Assembly: GCF_009914755.1 (NCBI RefSeq) | Contig: NC_060931.1 | DNA length: 64,000 nucleotides | Strand: one strand, 5' to 3' | Origin: the human T2T-CHM13v2.0 reference genome, Homo sapiens | Shown here: positions 12,955-26,543 of the stretch, one piece after another | Numbering within the stretch: the first letter of the stretch is position 1 | How the letters are laid out: the number at the start of each line of letters is the position of its first letter | Position numbers and translations under genes: made by a program | The notes under the pieces: generated by a model | What the model saw: only the letters and a program-made list of their open reading frames with translations | Told to the model about the DNA's origin: nothing | The model's database searches: none

Positions 12955-13100
12955 TCATAGCTCCCGTTTCCTCATCTGTTAAACAGGAGATAATTCGGTT
13001 CTTCTCACCAACCTCACACTACTCTTGTACTTTTGTGGGGAATAGATAGATAACACGTAAGAACCCTCATAAGATTATCAAGTGCAGTATAAATATAGAT
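12955..13100 (+). mobile_element. MIR fragment
   Basis: ctcccgtttcctcatctgttaaacaggagataat. Confidence 0.55.
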
Positions 13101-13807
13101 CATGATTTAAATGGTATTGTTCTTATCATTGTTACTCAGTGTTGGAGGTACCTTACTCCAAAATGATCTGCCCTCAAACCATCCAAACTGCCATCCCTTT
13201 GAATTTGATTTGTCAGTGATTCAGTTATCCAGTTGCAGAACCTTACAATGTGAATGAATGACAAATTTAAAAGGGCACCAGAACGTAGAAAATTAGACAA
13301 CATTGTGGGAGAAAGTGCTTTTAGTGTATTCTTATGCTGACCACTTTACCACCATCGAACAGTGGGTAGCAACACAGTAAGAGAGTTTTTACTCTGCCCA
13401 CTCAATTTCTGCCCTAGATCTCTTCAAATGAGTGTCTCCCCCTGGGATTTTGTGATTTGAAATTGGGAGAAGAGGGACGACTGAAGGGAAGAGAGGCTCT
13501 TTGTCTATGGCTGCAGAAGGAATTTAAGGATAGATTTTGGATGGGGAGTCAAGTAACTGACTGAGTGGGTGTGACAGTAAAGAGGGTTTAAAAAGTGTTG
13601 ATGAAGGCTGCGTATCCTCTTCAAGGGGCTTGTTAAATGTAAGTAAAGAACATGAGCAAACTGGATTATTTAAAAAATTTCCAGGCCATGTTTTTTTTTT
13701 TTTTATTGCTATACTGCTATAAGACTGGACCACATGGGTCACAGCTTCATATCAACAGTGATTTAACACTAAACTAATTAATTACTTTTATGCATTATCT
13801 CATTTAA

Positions 13808-14133
13808 TTTTTTTTTTTTTTTTTTTTTTTTGGCGGGGGGACAGAGTCTCACTCTGTCACCCAAGCTGGAGCGCAGTGACGCAATCTCGGCTCACTGCAA
13901 GCTCCACCTCCCAGGTTCACGCCATTCTCCTGCCTCAGCCTCCTGAGTAGCTGGAACTACAGGCGCCCGCCACCATGCCAGGCTTTTTTTTTTTTTTTTT
14001 TTTTTTGTATTTTTTAGTAGAGACGGGGTTTCACCGTGTTAGCCAGGATGGTCTCGATCTCCTGACCTCGTGATCTGCCCGCCTCGGCCTCCCAAAGTGC
14101 TGGGATTACAGGCGTGAGCCACCACGCCCGGCC
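13808..14133 (-). mobile_element. AluY inserted in an antisense MIR (about 13780-14300)
   Basis: AluY diagnostics gcaagctcc, ttcacgccattc, accgtgttagccaggatggtctcgatctcctgacctcgtg; catttaattttt flanks both ends; MIR continues with gaggtgaaataacctgcc..cacagctagtaag. Confidence 0.95.
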
Positions 14134-16039
14134 AATTCCATTTAATTTTTACTCCAATCCTGTAAAACTTAATATTGCACCCACTTTATACATGAGAGAA
14201 TCTTATCTTAAAGAGGTGAAATAACCTGCCATAGTAACACAGCTAGTAAGTTTCAAAGCTAGGACTTCAACATCAGAGATTCACCTCTTAATCACCCACT
14301 ACACAATTTCATGCAAATCAGTCCACCTCAGTGGGTTGTATGGGAGAAAGGATTTTGAACAGTTGTGATGAGAAATACAAGGAGAAGGAAGTGGATCTTT
14401 TAGTTTTCCTTTTTTAATCAGGTTGGCTACTCGAGTTCAGAAAACAAGGGTCTTAACTTAGCCCTCGTTTCTATGAGGTTAGCAACAACTTTGCTCTTTA
14501 TTGTTAAAGCAACTGAATAATGGTGCACCTCATTATAAATAGTCTTTGATAGAACATTCAGAAGGAACAAAGGAGTCAGCACTTACATTTCCTGCAAGCA
14601 AAAAAAGAAACCTGCCTTCATGAAATTAGGTTACCTGACTATGCTTAAAGCAGGGGCATTCTCTGTTACAGATATTTTTTTAACTGGTAGATTAATTCAT
14701 CCATAATCCCAAGTTTATTTACATTGAGATCAATTAAACGTACAATCAGGTTTAGATGTTTCTCCTTTATCAACAATAGAAAGAAATTATTTATTCTTGA
14801 AATTTGTAATCGAAGAGATTAATACACAGAATGAGGTTGGGATAAACTAGAAACAAAATTGCCAGAAAGCTGATTGATACATAGTCTGCTAGGCTTAAGC
14901 CAATTCTATTATTATTGGATTCCAAACAGCATTACTAGCTTACCTACGCAGGTGACTAGTGAACTAAAGAATGAACATGGAAAGTCAGCAAATTATAATA
15001 CATATATATTTCTTCAGAAGAAGTATGATTCTTAGGTAACCACTAACTTCCTTGCAAAGGACAGCTAAATTCTTCTCATCCCTCTAGCTAGGCTCAAGGT
15101 CTCAGAGTGACATTAACTCTCTTTTGTATTATTCTTGGGATCTACAATTTTCCTTACCCAGTAAAACATTACTTGTGGATGGCATATTAGTAAATGGCTT
15201 CGTAAACACCCCCTAAATTTCTGGAAGTCCGTTTTTTATGGTTCTAGTCTTTCTGCCATGATTGCTGCTGTTACCCTTTTCTTCCTATTGTACTTTGTGC
15301 TGGGTTTGGACTCCCATACACATCTTACCCACTGATTAATGTTCACTGACTTTGTGTGTAAGAGCCATAGCTCTATATTTAGAAAGAGCTGATGCACATC
15401 TTTCCCATTGAATATGTGTGTGACCTAAGAAAATTGCATATGTGCCTTTAAGCAACAGTTTTCTCATTTGCAAAATGGGAATAATAATATTATATATTTA
15501 CTTTTTCATGCCCTAACTCATATTTGCTCATCTTCTGTGGATAATGTCTCTATGATACTAAAAACTTTCCAGCCTAAAAATTCACAGTGCAAGGGCTTGG
15601 TTACATACCCATAACCATCCTATTAAGTACTTTTTAAATGGAAGCATTCACAACCACTGTTACATTCTACGTGGTGTATTATCATTAAGTAGCTTCTCCT
15701 CTATTTTCACCTTGGTTTTCATTGTTTTCAGGACAGTTTGGAAAAATAAAGGTCTGGTGAGGATGGGGCATATCCAGCTACATTTTAACCAAAGCAGGGA
15801 GAAATGGGAGACAAAGCGCAGACTGTTGTCATTGAGGGAAGGGCAGTATCAGGAATTAGATCTCACTGGGAGGCCCCAGCAAGCCTAAGAGAGAGGAGCA
15901 TGTGAAGTAGAGAGAGGATACCACATAGCAGGAGAAGGAGAGGATGTCCACCCAAGCCTTGTTTTCCTACTAATTTTACCAAAGGCTAGTCCTGACATGA
16001 GTAGCAAAACAGCACCAGTAACAATAACAGCAACAGCTG

Positions 16040-16260
16040 TTTGTTGAGCAAGGGTTGTATTGCTCAACATAACGTGGATTTTTATGGATCGAGTGCTTTA
16101 TATGGATTATGTTATTTAGTTCTCACCACAGTTCCATGATGTAAGTAATATTATTTTACAGATAAGGATGTTGAAAGTAAGGGATGTAAACTACTTGTTC
16201 ATGTCACACTGCTAATAAATAGTGGCCAGTTGGGGATTTGAAAGCAAGGGAGTCTAATGA
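16040..16260 (-). mobile_element. MIR
   Basis: tattttacagataaggatgttgaa..acttgttcatgtcacactgctaataaat..gggatttgaa. Confidence 0.6.
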
Positions 16261-17115
16261 TAGACTGGATAATTAGTTGCTTTTGCCATAAAATTTTAAA
16301 TTTCAAAGATTCTATCCTTTTGTCCATAATATATGGCCTCATTTGTCTGCCCATATATCCTGATTTAAGATTCTGAAAATGTAGTCAATATAAGGTTCTG
16401 ATAAATCAAGGACATAAGCTTCCTGTGCTTTCGCAAGCTTATTTCACAAGAAAGATATACCAACATCCTACATCAAGGCACAGCAACACGTGAAGACCTA
16501 GACTGTGATAAAAGAAAAGTCAGCCTCATTCCATTTCCCCCAAAAAGATGGACTGAATTTTCATAGAAAACCATCCAGTACAGAACAAGCAAATAAGCTG
16601 AATAAAATATGTAATAATTATCAAATCTGTAGCAAAAGTGAGAAAGGGATCCCTTCCCTCAAGGGCCAGAGAAGAGAAAACAAAACTCTACAGTGGTAAG
16701 CAAGCACTGGAGGCAATTTTTGACATATAGGTACATGCTGAAGCTTGCTAGTGAGAGCTGAGTTCCACAACCAGTGTGAGGATTGCATCAGCCCTTGGGG
16801 TGATCAGCTGGGCCTGGGGCAATCAAGGCTTCCACCTGGCTAATTACCTTTGCCCAAACACAGCTTCTCTCAGGGCCCTGAGGAGGACTGCTCAGGCAGA
16901 ATGGTGGTGGTCCCACAGTTCTTGAGGAGGGTGAGCCCTATTAATGTCATCATGCCCTGTCCACTGCCTAAACTCACTGAGTGCAGCCCAGCAGGAACTC
17001 CACAACCTGAACATCCACTCCAGCAGCCAACTGCAGACTGACCATTGTGGATAACAATCAGCCTGTGGAGTCGATGGAGGAGATCATAAGCTTGTTGCCC
17101 AAGGAACATGGCATG

Positions 17116-17518
17116 TGTCTTCATCCATGTGTGTTGCTATAAAGGAATACCTGAGGCTGGGTAATTTAGAAAGAAAAGTGGTTTATTTGGTCTATGATTC
17201 TGGATAGATCAGGCATCTACATCCTGTGAGGGCCTCAGGCTGCTTCCACCCAGCAGACAATGAAGGGAAGCCAGTTTGTACAGAGATCACATGGCAACAG
17301 AAACAAGAGAAAGGAAGAAGGTGCCAAGCTCTTTTTAACAACCAGCTCTCACAGGAACTAATAGAGCAAGAACTCACTCATTACCAGGAGGTTGGCAGGA
17401 AGCTATTCATGAGGAATCTGCTCCCATGACCCAAACACCTCCAATTAGGTCCCACCTCCAACATCAGGAATCAAATTTCAACATGAATTTTGAAGGGTCA
17501 TATATCCAAACTGTAGCA
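17116..17518 (-). mobile_element. MaLR solo LTR (MSTB-like)
   Basis: tgttgctataaaggaatacctgaggctgggtaattta..cccatgacccaaacacctcc..atccaaactgtagca; 5-bp TSD gcatg/gtatg. Confidence 0.85.
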
Positions 17519-17632
17519 GTATGCAAACCAATATGTAGCTGCTTGAGGGTGTGGAAGGTGGAAAACCAATCAAGGTCTCCTGAAAGACAAAGCTCCAGAA
17601 AGTGTGTCTCATCTGTCTTCACTCATAGAGGG

Positions 17633-18404
<772 letters not shown>

Positions 18405-18997
18405 GGAGGGTACCTCCGTCTGTCTTTGGCTGACATGCCATTTTTGTGGCATATCACTACTATCCTTTCAAAGTGGCTACTGTGATAATGCCCAAGCAGT
18501 CTACAAATTAGAGAAAAGTCTGACTGAACTAGAATTCTTTTTGCACTGCGGCAAAATAACAAAAACTTCAATGTTACACTTGTCCGTGAAAAAAAAAAGA
18601 ATAGTGATCAGGTTTTTAAATAATATTATTTTTAAAACATGGTTGAAAAGCTTTTGTCACTAAATTATATTTAAAAGTTTCTTGTTAAATATGATTATCA
18701 AGCATTTTAAGAGATTATAATTTGAAAGTCCTGATTAGGAATTGCATATAACCATTTCAATCAAAAGGAAAATCTGATTAAAACAATTTGAAACTATTTT
18801 GTTTAGAAATTTTCTATTTAATATTTTAAGGTAATATGAATATAAAATTTAATATTTTAGATATTCTTAAATTCTCTGTTTTATTTTACTTATAGCTATC
18901 TAACTTAATTATAATGAATGTTTACCCCAAATACATAAAGATATTACCAAATTGCCACCAGTTTTCTACAATGTATTGTATAGATAATGTCATTTTC

Positions 18998-19138
18998 ATT
19001 GGTCATCAGTGCCTTATTTAGTTTCGTGGAGGTCATGTTTTCCTGGATGGTCTTGATGCTTGTGGATGTTCATCAGTGTCTGGCCATTAAAGAGATAGGT
19101 ATTTATTGTAGTCTCCACAGTCTGGGCTTGTCTGTACC
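18998..19138 (-). mobile_element. Isolated inverted L1 5'UTR/ORF1-start fragment
   Basis: The reverse complement aligns by hand at about 90% to 22155-22298 of the neighbouring L1. Confidence 0.9.
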
Positions 19139-19139
19139 A

Positions 19140-20045
19140 AGTTACCACAACATGAAAAAGTTGTAAAGTGCTGTTACAACCATTAAGGAAAATAAATCAG
19201 TAGCAAAAGGAAACATCTTCTCACAAAGAAAATATCAGAACTAAATTATTTTAAAGGGAATGTTTATAAATAATACTTATCTCACATGAAATTTTTCAGT
19301 AAATGGAGGAAGGAGTGAATGCTCTCCCAAAATGTTTTGTCAAATTAATATAAACCTGATACCAAACAAGGACAGACACTAGAAAGGAAATAATAAGCCA
19401 ATCTCATTCATGAACAAAGATGAAAAAAATTCTCAACAAAATATTAGTAAATCAAGGGCAATAATATAATTTAAAAGATTATATATAATAATAAAGTAAA
19501 ATTTATTCCAAGAATACGAGGTTGGTTTACCATGATAAAATGTATTAATATAATACATCATCATCACAATAGCAGGTTAAAAGAGAAAAATATCATTTCA
19601 ATAATATGCAAAATAATACATTTGATAAAATTTAACATGTATTCATGAATTGAAAAAAAGACTCTCAGTAAACTAAAAATAGAATGTGCTTTTTTTTCAC
19701 CTGTTGTGTTTTCTTTTACCTGAAAAAGGGCATGCACAAAAAAATAAAAGCAAGCATCTGACTCATGGTACAATTATATCAAGCATTCAAGTATAAAATA
19801 AGTTGGCTACTATCAGCATTTCTATTCACCATTATTTAGAAGTCTAGGCCAGCACAATAGCACTAGAAAAAGAAACAAAAAGTAGAAAGATGGGACAGGA
19901 AGGAGTCAAATGCCACTATTTGCAAATGATGAGACAATAACAAATCATGCACAGTTTATTAGAATAAATAAATTTAGAAGGTTGCTATTAAAAGATAACC
20001 ATAAAATCCAAGTGCCTTTCTATACAATATACAATGAGAAAAATA
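19140..20045 (+). mobile_element. Old L1ME ORF2 fragment (left part of host element)
   Basis: Degenerate ORF2/RT-region motifs (aacctgataccaaac, ccaatctcattcatgaac, aacaaaatattag, catttgataaaattt, gaaggttgct). Confidence 0.7.
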
Positions 20046-20086
20046 TTACATATGTAATATGTTTATATAACACACATATAAATATA

Positions 20087-20170
20087 TAGTCAGCCCTCCA
20101 TATCTGTGGGTTCCACATCCATGGGTTCCACTTTCAGAGATTCAACCAACAGCAGATCAAAAATATTTGG
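20087..20170 (+). mobile_element. MER2 (TcMar-Tigger) left part
   Basis: agtcagccctccatatctgtgggttccacatcc..gattcaaccaacagcagatcaaaaatattt, preceded by TA. Confidence 0.85.
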
Positions 20171-22726
20171 GAGAAGAGGTAGAACAGGATGGCTGAATAT
20201 AAACCTCCAGCAATTATGCCCCACTAAGGAACACCAAATTGAACAACTATCCACACAAAAAAGCACCTTCATAAGAACCAAAAACCAGATAAGCTATTAC
20301 AGTACCTGTTTATACATCATATAACTGAAGGAGACACTGAAGAGGTAGGAAAGACAGTCTTGAATTTCCTACACCTCTCCTCCCCAATCCCTTGACAGCA
20401 GCCACATGGCACAGAGTGAGAATCTGTGTGCATGGGAGAGAGAGAGTGCAGTGATTGTGGGACTTTGCATTGGAACTCAGTGCTGCCCTGTCATAGTGGA
20501 AAGCAACACTGAGCAGAACTCAGCTGATGCACACAGTGGGAGCTCTTAAGTCAGCATTAGCCAAAGGGGAATCATCCATCCTAGTGGTCAGAACCTGAGT
20601 TCCAGCTAGCCCCACCACCGCAAGCTAAAGTGCTCTGGAGTCCTAAGTAGCCTGAAAGGCAGTCTAGACCACAGTGACTGTAATTCCTGAGGAAGTACTA
20701 GTGCTGTGCAGGGCTTGGAGCCAGTGGACTTGGATTGCAGGTGGCCTAGTGAGACATCAGCTGGTGCAACTAAGGGAGTGCTTTCATTATCCTTCCCCTT
20801 ACCCCAGGAAGTGCAGCTCACACCTCTGGGAGAGACTCCTTCCCTCTGTTTGAAGAGAAGATAGGGAAGAGTAAAGAAGACTTTCTCTTGCAACTTGGAT
20901 ACCAGCCCAGCCATAGAAGACTAGGTCCCCAGGGAAAATCCTGAGGGCCCCCCAACCCTTCCAGACCCTAGCTCCCAGATCACATTTCTAGACAAACTTT
21001 GGACCAGAAGAGTACCTGCTCCCTTGAAGGAAAGGATCCAATCCTGGTGGGATCCATCACCTACTAACTAGAGAGCTCTTGGGCCTTAAATAAACATCAA
21101 TAGCCAGGCAGTACTCACTGTGGGCCTTGGGGGAGTCCCAGTTCCATGGTGGCTCCAGATGGGACCCAGCACATTTGCTGCACGGTGGCTATGAGGAGAG
21201 ACTCCTTCTGCTTGAGGGAAAAAGATGGAATAGTAAAGGGGACTTTGTGTTACAGCCTGGGCATTAGCTTGGCCATAGTGGGGTAGAGCACCAAGCAAGT
21301 TTCTGGGGCCCCTGATTTCAGGCTTTGGCTCTTGGATGGCATTCCTGGACCCGCCCTGGGCTGGGTGGGTGGGAAAACACTATTCTGAAGACAGAAACCT
21401 AGGACTGGCAGCATTTACCACAAACTGAAGAGCCTTTGGGCCTTGAATGAATATTGGTGGTAGACAGGCAGTATTTGCTGCGGGCCTGGGATGGTGGTGG
21501 CCATAGGGGCAGACTTCTGCTTGAGAAAAGGAGAGAAGAGTGGAAAAGACTTTGTCTTCTGGCCTGAGTGACAGCTCAGTGCAGTAGAATAGAGCACCAT
21601 GTGGATTCCTAAGGTTACCACCAGGCCCTGGCTCCCAGATGGCATTTCTGGACTCACCCTTGGCCAGGGCATGGGGCTTGCCACCCTGAAGGGAAGGGCA
21701 TGAGCCTGGCCAGATTTATCAACTGCTAACTGAAGAGCACTTGGGCCCTGAGTGAAAATTGGCAGTAGTAGACAAACAGTTGTCACTGCAGGCCTTGGGT
21801 GAGACCCAGTGCTGTGTTGGCATTATGTCTGACCCAGTGTAGTCCCACTGGTAGTAGCCACAGGGGTGCTTGTGTCACCACTCCCCTAGTTCTAGGAGCT
21901 CTGCATGGAGAGAGAAATTCCATTTGTTTGGGGGAAAGTAAGGAGAGAGAACAAAAGTCTCCATCTGGTAATCTGGAGTATTCTTATGGATCTTGCCCAA
22001 GATCAGTAAGGCAGGACCTCTATGAGTCTGCAAGAGACACAGTGCTACTGGACTTGGGGTGCCCCCTAATGCAGATATGGGTGCAGTGAACAAAGACTTA
22101 GATCACAACAGTCAATTCCCTTTGAATACTTGAAAAGCCTTCCCAAGAAAGATGGGTGCAAACAAGCCCAGACTGTGAAGACTACAATAAATACCTATCT
22201 CTTTAATACCCAGACATTGATGAACATCCACAAGCATCAAGACCATCCAGGAAAACATGACCCCACCAAACAAACTAAATACGGCACCAATGACCAATCC
22301 CTGAGTGACAGTGATATGAGACCTTTCACACAGAGAATTCAAACTAGATGCTTTGAGGAAGCTCAACAAAATTCAAGATAATACAGAGAAGAAATTCAGA
22401 ATCCTATCAGATAAATTTAACAAAGAGATTAAAATAACTACAAAGGATCAGGCAGAAATTCTGGAGCTGAAAACAGGAATTGACACACTGGAGGATGCAT
22501 CTAGAGTCTCTCAACAGCAGAGCTGATCAACAGCAGAACTGGTCAAGCAGAATTAATTATTAAAGACATTTAATAATCAAACTTCCAAAAGTCAAAGACA
22601 AGGAAGAATCCTAACAGCAGCAAGAGAAAAGAAACAAATAACATACAATGGAGCTCCAATACATCTTGCAGCAGAATTTTTCATGGAAGCTGTACAGGCC
22701 AGGAGAGAGTGACATGACAAACTCAT

Positions 22727-23808
22727 CTTATTTTTATTTTATGTATTTTTCAAAATTTCAACTTTCATTTTAGATTCAAGGGGTACATATTCAGGATTCT
22801 TACATGGGTATATTGCATGATGCTGAGGTTTGGAATATGAATGATCTTATCACCCAGGCAGTGAGCACAGTACCCAACAGTTAGTTTTTCAACCCTTGCC
22901 CCTCTTTCTCCCTCCTTTATCTATTAGCCCCAAGTGACTATTGTTGCCATCTTTATGTCCATGACTACTCAACGTTTAGCTCTCACTTATAAGTGAGAAC
23001 ATGCAGTATTTGGGTTTCTGTTCCTGTGTTAATTTGCTTAGGATAACGGCCTCCAGCTACATCCATGTTGCTGCAAAGGACAGGATTTCTCTCCTTTTTA
23101 TGGTTGTGTAGCATTCCACAGTGTTGATGGGCATCAAGGTGGATTCCATGTCTTTGCTATTGTGAATAGTGCTACAGTGAACTTATGAGCACATGTGTGC
23201 TTTGGCAGAATGATTTATTTTCTTTTTTCCAGCAATGGAATTGCTAGGTCAAATTATAAATCTTTTTTAAGTTCCTTGAGAAATCTACAAACTGCTTCCA
23301 CAGTGGCTAAACCAATTTACATTCACACCAACAGTATATAAACATTCCCTTTACTCCACAGCCTTGCCAGCATCTGTTGTTTTTTGACTTTTCAATAATA
23401 GACATTCTGACTGGTGTGAAATTATATCTCACTGTACTTTTGATTTGCATTTCTCTGGTGATTAGCGATGTTGAGTTTTTTTGTTTGTTTGTTTGTTTTT
23501 GAGGCAGGGTCTCTCTCTGTCACCCAGGATGGAGTGCAGTGGCTCAGTCACAGCTCATTGCAGCCTTGACCTCCCAAGGCTCAGGTGAGCCTCCTGCCTC
23601 AGCCCCCTGAGTAGCTGGGACTATAGGCATGTGTCATCAGGCCCAGATAATTTTTGTATTTTTTAGTAGAGATGGGGTTTCATCACGTTACCCAGGTTGC
23701 TCTCGAACTCCTGGGCTCAAATGAACCATCCATCCTGGCCTCCCAAAGTGCTATGATTATAGGTGTGAGCCACCACACCCAGCCTTGAGCATTTTTTCAA
23801 ATGTTTTT
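22727..23808 (-). mobile_element. L1PA15/16-like 3' end inserted antisense in the host L1 ORF1
   Basis: ttttagattcaaggggtacat..acatgggtatattgcatgatgctgaggtttgg..cacttataagtgagaacatgcagtatt; the host ORF1 resumes at aaagtgcagaaagaaaaa. Confidence 0.85.
23476..23784 (-). mobile_element. AluJ
   Basis: J-type features (cagggtctc, cacagctcattgcagccttgacctcc, ctcctgggctcaa); (TTTG)n tail; ttgag flanks both ends. Confidence 0.92.
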
Positions 23809-26245
23809 TTAAAGTGCAGAAAGAAAAACAACTTTTGTTCTAGAGTAGTATATTCAGTGAAAATATCCTTCAGTCATGAAACAGAAATAAGGAATTTCCC
23901 AGACAAATAAAAACTGAGGGATTTCATAAACACCAGACCTGTCCTACAAGAAATGCTAAAGGTAGTGCTTCAATCTGAAAGAAAAGGATGTTAATGAATA
24001 ATAAGAGATTATCAGAAGGTAGAAAATTTGGTAATAATAACTACACAAATATAGAATATTATAACATTGTAATTGTGGTGTATAAACTATCTCTTGAGAA
24101 GAAAGACTAAAAGATGAAACTACTAAAAATAATCACTATGACAACGTTTCAAGACATAGGCAATAATAGAAGATATAAATAGAAATAATAAAATGTTAAA
24201 AAGTAGAGGAATTAGGTTAAATTATAGAGTTTTTATTAGTTTTCTCTCTTGTTTGTTTTTGCAACCACTGTTAAGTTGTCATCCATTTAAAATAATAGGT
24301 TATAAAATATTCTTTGTAAGCCTCATGGTAACCTCAAATCAAAAAGCACACAACAGATACACAAAAAATAAAAGGCAAGAAATTAAAACATACCACCAGA
24401 GAACATTAGCTTTATAAAAAGGAAGGAAGCAAGGAAGAGAAGACTACAAAACAACGAGAAAACAAATAATAAATGGCAGGAGTAAGCTCTTACTTATCAA
24501 TAATATCATTGAATGTAAATGGACTAAACTCTCCAGTCAAAACATGGAGAGTGGCAGAATGGATTAAAAAAAAAAAAAAAGACTCAGTGTTTTGTTGCCT
24601 ACAAGAAACACACTTCACCTATAAAGACATACATAGACTGATAATAAAGGGATGGAAAAATATATCCCATGCAAACATAAACCAAAAATAAGCAGAAGTG
24701 ATTATACTTATATCAGACAAAATACATTTCAAGACAAAACTATAAAAAGAGAAAAAGAAGGTTGCTATATAATGATAAAAAGATCAATTCAGCAAGAGTA
24801 TATAACAATTGTAAGCACGTATGCACCCAATACTGGAGTACCCAGATATATAAAGCAAATATCGTTAGAGCTAAAGAGGGAGATAGACCCCACTAAAATA
24901 ATAGCTGGAAGCTTTATAGATCCCATTTCCAGCATTGGAAAGATCATCCAGATAGAAAATCAACAAAGAAATATGGGATTTAATCTGTACTATAGATCAA
25001 ATGGACCTAATAGATATTAATAGAACATTTTATCCAATGGCTACAGAATACACATCCTTCTCCTCAGCACATGGATAATTCTCAAGGATAGACCATGTGT
25101 TAGGCCACAAAACAAATCTTTTAAAAATTCAAAAATATTGAAATTACATCAAGTATCTTCTCTGACCACAGTGGATTAAAACTAGAAATCAATAACAAGA
25201 GGAACTTTGGAAACTATACAAACACATGGAAATTAAACAATATGCTCCTGAATAAGCAGGGGTCAATGAAGAAATTTAAAGGGAAATTTAAAAATTTCTT
25301 GAAGCAAATGAAAATGGAAACACAATATACCAAAACCTATGCAATACAGCAAAAGCAGTACTAAGAAGAAAGTTTATAGAAATAAGCAACTACATCAAAA
25401 AAGTAGAAAAACTTCAAGCAAACAATCTGATGGTGCCTCTTAAAGAACTAGAAAAGCAAGAGCAAACCAAACCCAAAATTAGTAGAAGAGAAATAGTAAA
25501 GATAAGAGCAAAAATAAATGAAATTGAAATGAAAAAAAATCATACTAAAGATCAATGAAATGAAAAGATGGTTTTTTGAAAAGATAAACAAAATCAACAA
25601 AACTTTAGCCAGACTAAGAAAAAAAGAAAGAAGATCCAAATAAATAAAATCAGAGATGAAAAACAAGACATTATAACTGATACCACAGAAATTCACAGGT
25701 CATTAGAGACTACTATGTGCAGCAATATGCCCATAAATTGGAAAAACTTGAAGAAATGAATAAATTCCTGCAAACATACAACCTACCAAGATTGAACCTT
25801 GAAGAAGCCTAAAACCTGAATAGATCAATAACAAATATTGAGATAGAAGCTGTAATAAAGTCTCCCAGCAAAGGAAAGCCCAAGAACTGATGGTTTCACT
25901 GCTGAATTTTACCAGACATTTAAATAACTAATGACAATCCTACTCAGACTATTCCAAAAAATAAGAAGAGGGGATCCTTCCAAACTCATCCTAGAAAGTG
26001 AGTACTACCCTGATAACAAAACATGACAAAGACAAATAAAAAAAGAAAACTACAGGTCAATATCCCTGATGGATATTGATGTAAAAATCCTCCACAAAAT
26101 ACTAGCAAACATATTTAAAAGATCATTCATCATGACGAAATGGGATTTATCCCAGGGATGCAAAGATGGTTCAACATAACCAAATCAATCGATGTGATAC
26201 GTCATATCAACAGAATGAAGGATAAAAACCATATGATCATTTCAA

Positions 26246-26543
26246 GGTTGGTGCAGTGGCTCACGCCTGTAATCCCAGCACTTTGGGGGGTCAAGGTGGG
26301 CAGATCACATGAGGCCAAGGGTTCAAGACCAGCTGGCCAGCATGGCAAAATCCCATCTCTACCAAAAAATACAAAAGTTAGCCAGGCATAGTGGCACATG
26401 CCTGTAGTCCCAGGTACTCAGGGGGCTGAGGCATGAGAATCGCTTGAATCCAGGAAGCAGAGGTTGCAGTGAGTCAAGATCATGTCACTCCACCCAGCCT
26501 GGGTGACAGAGCAAGACTCTGTCTCGAAAAAAAGAAAAAAAAA
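26246..26543 (+). mobile_element. Alu (Jb/Sz-like) in L1 ORF2
   Basis: Perfect 13-bp TSD atgatcatttcaa at 26233-26245 and 26544-26556. Confidence 0.95.
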
